From a virus: a stretch of 64,000 nucleotides of DNA. The stretch is taken from positions 1-64,000 of the IMG/VR virus record IMGVR_UViG_3300045003_000080. One strand, written 5' to 3'. The notes below the pieces were generated by a model. That model was given only the letters and a program-made list of their open reading frames with translations, did not search any database and was not told where the DNA came from. Position 1 is the first letter of the stretch; each line of letters opens with the position of its first letter. Positions 45,612-53,801 of this stretch are shown here, piece after piece. A program made the translations under genes and the position numbers.

Positions 45612-45871
45612 ACGACGGTGGCCCGGCCCTGTTTGCCCAGGACCGGGCCGGTAGTCCGTGCCACCGGTTGGACGATGCACGGACTCTAAGCGCGGCCCGG
45701 AAGGCGACACAGGCGGAGCTTAGGACGTGGTGTTCGGGTGTCGAGTCCCTAAGCACCACCATTAATCATACAGCACTGGGGCCGCTCCCACTGACGAAGG
45801 AGCGGCCCCAGGCGGTGCCCGGAGGTCTCACGTCTGGGCACCGGAAATCATACAGCACGTGGGGGTGTGTG

Positions 45872-46552
45872 ATGGACGAACCGGTGACGCTCGACGCGCT
45901 GATGCCACGTCGGCGCCTGAAGAAAAACACCGACGTCGACGAACTACCCGACCCGACCGACAAGGCTCCCCGTCCGGCCCTGGACGAGCTGGCCCGGGTG
46001 TACCGGGACGCCGAAGCCCTCGAACTGCGCGCGAAACACTACACGTACGACCAGATCAAAGACGCCCTCGACTACGACAACGTCGAACAGGCCCGCGAAG
46101 CCAGCCGGCGCGCCTCCGAACGACTGCGCCTCCTCCATGAGGACGATCAAGAGGCTGTCACCCTGGAGCTGGCCCGCTACGACGCGATGGCGCGCAAACT
46201 CCTGGAGATCCTGGAACGCAAACACTACGTGATCTCCAACAGTGGCCGTGTCGTCGAAGACCCGGAAACCGGGGCGCCCCTGATCGACTCGGTCGCGGAG
46301 ATGCAAGTCATCGACCGGCTCACCACCCTGAGCAAAGAACGCCGCAAGATCCAAGCCCTCGACAAACCCTCAACGACAAGGGTCGAAGTCCACACGGTCG
46401 ACGAGTTCGACCGGGAGATCGAGCGCCTTTTGGGAATCCTGGCCGACAACACCCGGCCCCCACGCCAACTACCCCCGGCACCGGAGCCGACGGTGACGGC
46501 TGAGCAGATCGTCGACGCGGAAGTCGTCGAAGAGGCCACCGACTCCGAATAG
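45872..46552 (+). CDS. probable terminase small subunit
   Basis: ALELRAKHYTYDQIKDALDY HTH and ERRKIQALDKP; directly upstream of TerL. Confidence 0.75.
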   Translation: MDEPVTLDALMPRRRLKKNTDVDELPDPTDKAPRPALDELARVYRDAEALELRAKHYTYDQIKDALDYDNVEQAREASRRASERLRLLHEDDQEAVTLELARYDAMARKLLEILERKHYVISNSGRVVEDPETGAPLIDSVAEMQVIDRLTTLSKERRKIQALDKPSTTRVEVHTVDEFDREIERLLGILADNTRPPRQLPPAPEPTVTAEQIVDAEVVEEATDSE

Positions 46553-46560
46553 GAGGCGCG

Positions 46561-48084
46561 GTGACCGTCAACTATGGTGAACCGGACGAGTGGCGCACCT
46601 GGTCCAAAGAAGACAAAAAACTGTTCATCGAACGGTTGCGCGCGAAAGCGGCCGACCGCGACGAGCGCCCCTACTACCGGATGGCGCGGCCCAAGCAGCT
46701 GCCCCCCGACCACCCGCGCCACCACTTGCCGGACGCGAACGGGTTCTCGTGCGGCTGCGACGGGGTCGACGACGACTGGGTGATCTACCTGATCATGGCT
46801 GGTCGTGGCCTGGGCAAGACGTGGACGGGCGCGAACTGGCTGGTCGCGCAGGCGCTTCGGTTCCCGAAAACGGAGTGGGGTGTGTTCGCCCCGACGTTCG
46901 GCGACGTCCGCAAGGTGTGTATCGAAGGCACTTCCGGGATCCGGGCGGCGTTGCGCGAGGGTGAGGAGAAGCAGTACCGGCGCAACGAGCTGCAGATCGT
47001 CCTGTCCAACGACAGCGTGATCTACGGGTATTCGGCTGACCAGCCCGAGCGTGTGCGTGGCGCGAACTTGTCAGGGGCCTGGTGTGATGAAATCGGGAGT
47101 TGGCGGTATTACGAAACATGGTATGAGGGTTTAGTCCCGGCCCTGCGTATCGGCGAGAAGCCCCGGGTCCTGGCCACCACCACCCCCCGCCCCACCCGGC
47201 TGCTGCGCGACCTGATGGGCCGGGGCGACGGCACCGTCCACGTCACACGCGGATCAACCTGGGAAAACGCCGCCAACCTGTCCGGCACCGCCCTCGCTGA
47301 GCTGAAACGCCGCTACGAGGGCACCCGGCTGGGCCGACAGGAACTCGAAGGCGAACTACTCGAAGACATCGAAGGCGCCCTCTGGTCACGCAGCATGATC
47401 GACGAAGCCAGGGTGCGACAGGAAGACGTCCCCCAGCTGCTGCGCGTCGTCGTCGGCGTCGACCCGGCCGTCACCGGCTCGGAAACCAGCGACGAGACCG
47501 GGATCGTCGTCGTCGGCGAAAGCCTCGACGGCCACGCCTATGTCGTCGGCGACTACTCCGTGAAAGGCTCCCCGGACACGGCGATGCGCCGGGCGGTCGC
47601 CGCCTACCGCGAACACCAGGCCGACTGCCTGGTCGCCGAGGTCAACCAGGGCGGGGACTACATCGGGACTTTACTTCGCACTGTTGACCCGAACATCCCG
47701 TACCGGCAGGTGCGCGCCATGCGCAACAAGCAGGTGCGCGCGGAACCCGTCGCCGCACTGTACGAACAGGGCCGGGTCCACCACGTCGGGGTGTTCCCGG
47801 AACTCGAAGACCAGATGGTGACCTGGCTGCCCGGCAGCCGCCAGTCCCCGGACCGCGCCGACGCGTTGGTGTGGGCGTGTAGCGAGTTGCGCGGCCTGGG
47901 CACCGGCGACTGGCACGACGCGTACGGGATCGTCATCTGCGAGGGCTGCGACCACCGCTTCATGAGCGAACTGCACCCGCACGTGTGCCCCAGGTGCCGC
48001 ACCCGGTGGACCCAGCCCGACCCGCCACCGCCACCCCAGCAGCAGGAACCCATCGACGAGGGGAACGTGTCCTATGGCGGCTGA
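46561..48084 (+). CDS. terL: terminase large subunit
   Basis: Walker A AGRGLGKT, Walker B AWCDE, TTTP, nuclease VVGVDPA and SPDRADA. Confidence 0.95.
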   Translation: MTVNYGEPDEWRTWSKEDKKLFIERLRAKAADRDERPYYRMARPKQLPPDHPRHHLPDANGFSCGCDGVDDDWVIYLIMAGRGLGKTWTGANWLVAQALRFPKTEWGVFAPTFGDVRKVCIEGTSGIRAALREGEEKQYRRNELQIVLSNDSVIYGYSADQPERVRGANLSGAWCDEIGSWRYYETWYEGLVPALRIGEKPRVLATTTPRPTRLLRDLMGRGDGTVHVTRGSTWENAANLSGTALAELKRRYEGTRLGRQELEGELLEDIEGALWSRSMIDEARVRQEDVPQLLRVVVGVDPAVTGSETSDETGIVVVGESLDGHAYVVGDYSVKGSPDTAMRRAVAAYREHQADCLVAEVNQGGDYIGTLLRTVDPNIPYRQVRAMRNKQVRAEPVAALYEQGRVHHVGVFPELEDQMVTWLPGSRQSPDRADALVWACSELRGLGTGDWHDAYGIVICEGCDHRFMSELHPHVCPRCRTRWTQPDPPPPPQQQEPIDEGNVSYGG

Positions 48085-48268
48085 CGCCCCGTACACCTGG
48101 CTGAAACTCAAGTACCGCACACAGCGCACGGTCAAGCAGAACAAGAGCACCGCGACGACCGGGGTGTCCCGAAAGACCCACACCGTCAAGCAGCCCACGC
48201 AGCCGGCACGCCCGATGATGCTCGTCGTCGACGGTGGGACGGGAAGGCGTAGGTGGGTTCGTGACTGA
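48074..48268 (+). CDS. small basic protein
   Basis: Overlaps the TerL stop. Confidence 0.5.
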   Translation: MAADAPYTWLKLKYRTQRTVKQNKSTATTGVSRKTHTVKQPTQPARPMMLVVDGGTGRRRWVRD

Positions 48269-48431
48269 CCAGGTCGATCCGCTCCAGGACGGGGCGCCGA
48301 CGCCGTTGATGCAGGGCGCTGCCGTGATGCACGAGAGCTTCAAAGCCTACGTGGCTGCCGGGTTCACGGAAGCTCAGGCGATCGCGATCGTGACGCAATT
48401 ACTGATCGCCGCAATGAAGTCACAGGGCTAA
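48261..48431 (+). CDS. small hypothetical protein
   Basis: HESFKAYVAAGFTEAQA motif common in phages. Confidence 0.6.
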   Translation: MTDQVDPLQDGAPTPLMQGAAVMHESFKAYVAAGFTEAQAIAIVTQLLIAAMKSQG

Positions 48432-48440
48432 CATTCATCT

Positions 48441-49097
48441 ATGGAACATCCGCGTGGAACGGTGGCACAGATGGTGCACGACTTCGTCGACCTGGAACGA
48501 CGCGTCAGGGAACTGGAGAACGCGATCCGGGACGGCGACGCCCGCCTGAAAGCCGCCTACACGCCCACCCCGGCCAAGGACCGCGACAGGGGCGAATACC
48601 TCGACCAGCTGAACGAGCTGTACGAGAAGCTCGCCGCCAAACGCGCCGCGATGAACCTCACTCGCACCACCGACGAAGCCGAAACAGTCGTCGAAACCAG
48701 CGTCAAGGTCAAGACGAAGCCAGCGAAGTGGGCGGACGTCACCCCGCCAGCCGAAGTGAACGAAACCTACAAGTACGACCGGCTCACCGCCTACCAGGAC
48801 CCAGGACTGTACACCGTCACCTGGGAAGACCCGGAAAGCGGCGTGAAGGTCACGTCCGTGCCGAGCCGTTCCCTCACCGACGCCCGAGCCAGCGCCAAAG
48901 CCCTGTACGAAGTCGCCCTGGCCGAACACTTCAAATCGTTCAAACCGGCCTACTGGTTCACGGTCAACGAGTTCAAGCGGCTACGCGCGCAGACCTACGC
49001 CAACCACAGCGAGTGCATGCGCGCTCTGCACTCCACCACCTCCTACGAGCGCGCGTTGGCGTGGCTGCTGAACAGGGATGTGAAACTCAAGGCATGA
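48441..49097 (+). CDS. hypothetical protein (leaderless)
   Basis: TAACAT 6 nt before the ATG. Confidence 0.7.
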   Translation: MEHPRGTVAQMVHDFVDLERRVRELENAIRDGDARLKAAYTPTPAKDRDRGEYLDQLNELYEKLAAKRAAMNLTRTTDEAETVVETSVKVKTKPAKWADVTPPAEVNETYKYDRLTAYQDPGLYTVTWEDPESGVKVTSVPSRSLTDARASAKALYEVALAEHFKSFKPAYWFTVNEFKRLRAQTYANHSECMRALHSTTSYERALAWLLNRDVKLKA

Positions 49098-49570
49098 ACG
49101 AGCGGCCCCGGTTCGCGGACATCGAAGCGCTGCGTGTCGGGGTCGCTGCCGCCCAACGTATCCCCAAGGGCGGGGCGGAGCGGCGCCGGCTACGCGACCG
49201 GGCGGGCGTCTCGCTCGCGGACCTCGCCGAGTTGGTTGGGGTCTCCGCGCAGACGCTGCTTCGGTGGGAACGCGGCGAGCACGTCCCGGCCGTGCACGCG
49301 GTCGCCTACGCCCAGGCCCTCGACGCGCTCACCCCGCCCGAGTCGACTGAGCTGACGGCTGAGGACCGGGCGGACATCCGGGCCAAGTTCCAGGCCGGGC
49401 AGGGCTGCGCGCACTGTGGCGGCTACCACGTCCACGCCTGCCCCCGCGTCAAACGGTTCGCGTTCCACACCAACGAGGCGATCGCAGAGGTCGAGTTCTG
49501 GCCCGACGGGAAATGGCCCACCGGTTCGATCATCTGGCCCGAAGACGTCGTCGACCCGGACGACGAGTAG
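49094..49570 (+). CDS. XRE-family HTH protein with C-terminal Cys/His domain
   Basis: SLADLAELVGVSAQTLLRWERG; CAHCGGYH...C. Confidence 0.8.
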   Translation: MNERPRFADIEALRVGVAAAQRIPKGGAERRRLRDRAGVSLADLAELVGVSAQTLLRWERGEHVPAVHAVAYAQALDALTPPESTELTAEDRADIRAKFQAGQGCAHCGGYHVHACPRVKRFAFHTNEAIAEVEFWPDGKWPTGSIIWPEDVVDPDDE

Positions 49571-49609
49571 CGCGGCATCGCGACAATTGAATACACGGGG
49601 GGCGACGGT

Positions 49610-52600
49610 ATGGCGGGGAATGCTCGTGCTGTGGCGCGTGCCGCCCGCGCCGTGGGAAGCGGTGTCGCGTCGGGCAACGCGCCGGGCGGTTTCGGGGGAG
49701 TAGCCAGCACGGTGGGCACCCTGGGCACCACCCAGAATCCGTCGCCCCTGATCAGCTCGTATCAGCAGTGGACACAGGGGCGCCCTTACGGGATCGGGCT
49801 GCCCCGCGACCCGGGCACGTTCTTGGCCGGCGCGTTCGGACCGTTGACGCCGATCGAGCCGGTGGGTATCGACGCCCCGGACCCGAGCACGGGGCGGCCT
49901 GAGCCGCGCAGGTATACGTATTTGCCCGGCTGGAACATGCCGGTCGGCGAACCGGGCTCCGAGGGTCTCAAGCTCGCCCCATTCGCCGCTTTGCGTTCCC
50001 TCGCCGACCAGTACAGCGTCGCCCGCGCGTGTATCAATGTTCGCAAGCAGGAGATTCTGGGCTTGGAGTGGGACATCATGCCCACCCGCGACGCCGAGAA
50101 GAAAATGCGTGGACGCCCGTCCCTACACAAGGATTTCCAGGAGCGCCGCGCCGAAGCAGTCGCTTTCTTCCAGAACCCTGACCCGGGCAAGTACCGGGGC
50201 TACTCGGCGTGGCTGTCGGCGCTGCTCGAAGACGTGTTCGTGATCGACGCCCTGACGGTCTACTTGCAGCCGACCCGTAAGAAGGGCAAGGGGCTGCTCG
50301 GCTCCGACTTGGGTGCGCTGTGCCTGATCGACGGCTCGACGGCGCGCCCCCTGCTGGATATCCAGGGTGGTACGCCTCAGCCTCCGAATCCGGCGATTCA
50401 GATTTACAACTACGGTGTGCCCAGGGTCGATCTGATGACGGCGATCGACGGCGCCGAATACAACGAGATGAAAGAATCTCTGCTGGCCGAGTACCGCTCC
50501 GACCAGGTGCTTTACCTGCCGTACACGCCACGCACCTGGACGCCTTACGGCTTTTCGCTGGTGGAGAAGGCGCTGGTGCCGATCATCGCCGGATTGCAGC
50601 GCCAGCAGTACCAGCTCGGCTACTTCTCAGAGGGTTCAATTCCAGGAGTGTTCATCAGTTCGGGTGACCCGAACGCGACCCCGAACCAACTGCGCACCTT
50701 GCAAGATGCTTTAAATGCAATGGCTGGCGACCCGATGTGGAAGCACCGCATCATCGTCATCCCAGGTGGCAGCCGCATCGAACCGATGCGCCCGACACCG
50801 CTCGCCGACGCGTTCGACGAGATTGTCATGAACCAGGTACTCATGGCTTTCGATGTGATGCCGATGGAACTCGGCATCACCCCCCAGGTCGCCGTCACAC
50901 CCAGCCCTGGTGCGGCGAACCAGATGGCGAAAGCATCCGCGCAGGTCAACCAGCGTAAAGCCCTGCGCCCCCTGCTGATGTGGCTCAAGCAGACCCTGTT
51001 CGACTACGTCCTCCAGGTCGTATGTGGACAGGATGATATGCAGTTCATGTGGGCCGGGCTCGAAGAGGGCCAGGAACGCGAATCGTTGATCGACAACCTC
51101 ATCGACCAGGTCGGCCACGGCATGATGAGCATCGACGAAGCGCGCGTCGAGATCGGGGAACAGCCCTGGGGTCTGCCCCTCACCTCCGACCCGGTGTGGG
51201 CGACACAGATGGGCGTCGTCCCACTCGGCTCGATCGACCCGCTCACCGGGCGCCCGGCCGCAATGCAACCGATGCTCCCCGGGCAGGCCGGCCAGGCCGG
51301 TGGCACGGGGGCACCCGGCATCCCAGCGCCGGGCGGCGTCAACCAGATCCAGGCAGGCAACATCGTCGCGTCGCAGAAAGAGCCGTCGCCGGCGAAACCC
51401 GTCGCCGACGCACAGGACCAGGCGCGCGCCAACCAGGCCACCGGCACCCCGTCGCACACGCAAAACGCCAACACCCCGATGAAACCGACGAATGTCAAAG
51501 CCGCGATGCGGGAACTGTCCCTGATCAAGGCCCGGCTGGAGAAAGGGCGCAGCGTCGACGGGTGGCGGTACGACTTCGTGCCCCCGCATGTCGCAGCCGA
51601 ACTGGCCGAGAACATGCAGTCGATGGACTGGGTCGAAGCGATCGGCAAAGCGCGTGCCCGGTTGGCCGGGATCGCGGACGCGGACCGGCGCGACCAGGTC
51701 GTGGCACCCATCGCGAACCGGGTCGCCTCGCGGCTCGGCGCCCTGGCGCGCGGCGTGAAGGACGGCTCCGAAAGCCGGATCGCGATGATCGACGACGGCA
51801 CGCAGGTCATGCGCGACGGTCTTCGCGAAGCGATCCTCGCCGGCGCGCGCGACGCGTTGTCGCGGCCACGCGCGCACTCGACGAAGGCCGACGATGACGA
51901 CGACGAAGCCGAACGGGACATCGACGCGATCCTGTCCGGCCCGTACGGCGACTACCTGACCGGCCTGGCCGATCAGCGCGCAGGAGACCAAACCAACTTC
52001 CTGACAGGGCTACTGCAGGATGTGCTGGTCGCCGGGCTGATCCAGGACATCCTCGACGCGCTCGGCTGGCGGTTTGACCTGTACGGCGACCAGGCGTACG
52101 AGGCGTACAACATGGGCTACGGCCTGTCACTGTTCGCCGACAATCCCGACCAGTGGATTCAATGGCAGACCACCAGCGCCCAGCCGTGTGTGCTGTGCGC
52201 GGCCCGTGACGGCAACACGTACAACGCCGACACGCTGCCCGGCTGGCCCGGCGATGGCGGATTCGGTGGCACGTCCGTGTTGTCGGCGTCGGGCACCGGG
52301 ATCTGCATGGGTGGTCCACGCTGCAAATGCATCCTGATCGCCGTCTCCGACGGTCAGGTCGCGGTCGGCACGAACACGCAGGGCGACGAGGAGCCGGGCA
52401 CGCTCGGCCGGGTGATCGCGGCAGCAGTGCGCGCCTACCAGGCCGGGACCCGTGCGTCGAAGGGTGCGCAGGAGATCACCCACCATGATCACGGCGACCA
52501 CCACACGCCGGACATCACCCACCACGTGTACGCGTACCTCGCCCGCCACTACCCGGCCAGCGAACTGGAATGGGTGAAGAAAGCGGTCTGGCGCGGCCCG

Positions 52601-52993
52601 AGCCATGTGCCACTCGAAGACATCAGCATGGCGCACCGTGAAGGCGGCGCCCGCAACCCCGACAAGGTGCGGCTGATCGCCCACGCGATCGCCGACGGGC
52701 ACAAACTCGACCCCATCGTCCTGGTAAGCGAACCCGGCCACGACCAGTATCAAATCGCCGACGGCTGGCACCGCACAGCAGCCATCAAACAGTCGGGCGG
52801 CAAGAGCGCACTCGCGTTCATCGGGAAACTGCCCGACGACTCGTTCAGCGCAGCCGCGATGGGCCGATCCAAGCTCAACAAGGGCACGGACGTGGTCGTC
52901 GACCTGCGCAGCACGACGGTGATGAGCGACGCGGACATCGCGGAGTTGGCACGCAAGATCGGCAAACGCCTGGGAGACGCATCAGGAGGCTGA
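49610..52993 (+). CDS. portal protein fused to MuF-like and ParB/Srx-like domains
   Basis: Portal motifs PYGFSLVE, YFSEGSIP, MMSIDEAR; CVLC...C.GGPRCKC; LDPIVLV...IADGWHR. Confidence 0.85.
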   Translation: MAGNARAVARAARAVGSGVASGNAPGGFGGVASTVGTLGTTQNPSPLISSYQQWTQGRPYGIGLPRDPGTFLAGAFGPLTPIEPVGIDAPDPSTGRPEPRRYTYLPGWNMPVGEPGSEGLKLAPFAALRSLADQYSVARACINVRKQEILGLEWDIMPTRDAEKKMRGRPSLHKDFQERRAEAVAFFQNPDPGKYRGYSAWLSALLEDVFVIDALTVYLQPTRKKGKGLLGSDLGALCLIDGSTARPLLDIQGGTPQPPNPAIQIYNYGVPRVDLMTAIDGAEYNEMKESLLAEYRSDQVLYLPYTPRTWTPYGFSLVEKALVPIIAGLQRQQYQLGYFSEGSIPGVFISSGDPNATPNQLRTLQDALNAMAGDPMWKHRIIVIPGGSRIEPMRPTPLADAFDEIVMNQVLMAFDVMPMELGITPQVAVTPSPGAANQMAKASAQVNQRKALRPLLMWLKQTLFDYVLQVVCGQDDMQFMWAGLEEGQERESLIDNLIDQVGHGMMSIDEARVEIGEQPWGLPLTSDPVWATQMGVVPLGSIDPLTGRPAAMQPMLPGQAGQAGGTGAPGIPAPGGVNQIQAGNIVASQKEPSPAKPVADAQDQARANQATGTPSHTQNANTPMKPTNVKAAMRELSLIKARLEKGRSVDGWRYDFVPPHVAAELAENMQSMDWVEAIGKARARLAGIADADRRDQVVAPIANRVASRLGALARGVKDGSESRIAMIDDGTQVMRDGLREAILAGARDALSRPRAHSTKADDDDDEAERDIDAILSGPYGDYLTGLADQRAGDQTNFLTGLLQDVLVAGLIQDILDALGWRFDLYGDQAYEAYNMGYGLSLFADNPDQWIQWQTTSAQPCVLCAARDGNTYNADTLPGWPGDGGFGGTSVLSASGTGICMGGPRCKCILIAVSDGQVAVGTNTQGDEEPGTLGRVIAAAVRAYQAGTRASKGAQEITHHDHGDHHTPDITHHVYAYLARHYPASELEWVKKAVWRGPSHVPLEDISMAHREGGARNPDKVRLIAHAIADGHKLDPIVLVSEPGHDQYQIADGWHRTAAIKQSGGKSALAFIGKLPDDSFSAAAMGRSKLNKGTDVVVDLRSTTVMSDADIAELARKIGKRLGDASGG

Positions 52994-52994
52994 T

Positions 52995-53792
52995 TTGTGC
53001 CTCACCTGCGGTTGCGGCTTACCGAACAGCTCCCATCATGATCCACGCCATTTCATCCTTCCGGAGCTGGTCGCGGCTGCTCAGGCAGCCGGGATCAGCC
53101 CGGAGGAAGCGGCCGACAACGTACCCCGGACGTTGCGGTCGGCGTTGGGTGATCCTGCGCACGCGTTCGCGTCCCAACTCACCCTGCCGACGATCGTATT
53201 CGACGTCGACGACACGTTGGCGTTCACCGTCGAAGCCGAACTCGTCGCCCTCAACGCCACCTTCGACGAGAACTACTCGATCAGTGATGTCACCGACTAC
53301 GACTGGGACCTGAACCTGCCGAAAAAGCAGCGCAAATGGCTCAGCGACCAGCACCAGCAGCCCGACCTGCACGAGAACCTCGCCCCCGACTGGCGGGCGA
53401 TCGACACCGCGCAGCTCGCGCAGAAACTCGGCTACCCCCTCTGGGTGGCTACCGAACGCCCACCTCAGTTGCAGCGCACCACCGTCACGTGGCTTGAACG
53501 GTGGGGTTTGCAGCCCGACGGCGTCGCCGACGTGGGGCCCGGCAACAAACCGTTGTGGATGCACAAGTGGTTCGGCCCCGACTCGCCGGCGATCCTCATC
53601 GACGACAAACCGGTAGCCGAGTACCTGATCCCCGGCCCCGGAATCGAACTGTGGGCGCCCCCGGTGTGGACGCGCCGTTTCCCACCCCAGCCGGGCGTGA
53701 CCCGGCTCGAATCCTGGCAGCAGGCCCGCGACCTGCTGATTTCGTTCTTTGATGCCCCGGCCCCCTTAGAGGCGGGCACCGTCTACTCGTAA
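52995..53792 (+). CDS. HAD-family 5'-nucleotidase-like protein
   Basis: IVFDVDDTL, VATER, ILIDDKP; N-terminal CxxCxC. Confidence 0.75.
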   Translation: MCLTCGCGLPNSSHHDPRHFILPELVAAAQAAGISPEEAADNVPRTLRSALGDPAHAFASQLTLPTIVFDVDDTLAFTVEAELVALNATFDENYSISDVTDYDWDLNLPKKQRKWLSDQHQQPDLHENLAPDWRAIDTAQLAQKLGYPLWVATERPPQLQRTTVTWLERWGLQPDGVADVGPGNKPLWMHKWFGPDSPAILIDDKPVAEYLIPGPGIELWAPPVWTRRFPPQPGVTRLESWQQARDLLISFFDAPAPLEAGTVYS

Positions 53793-53801
53793 GGGAGCTG
53801 T

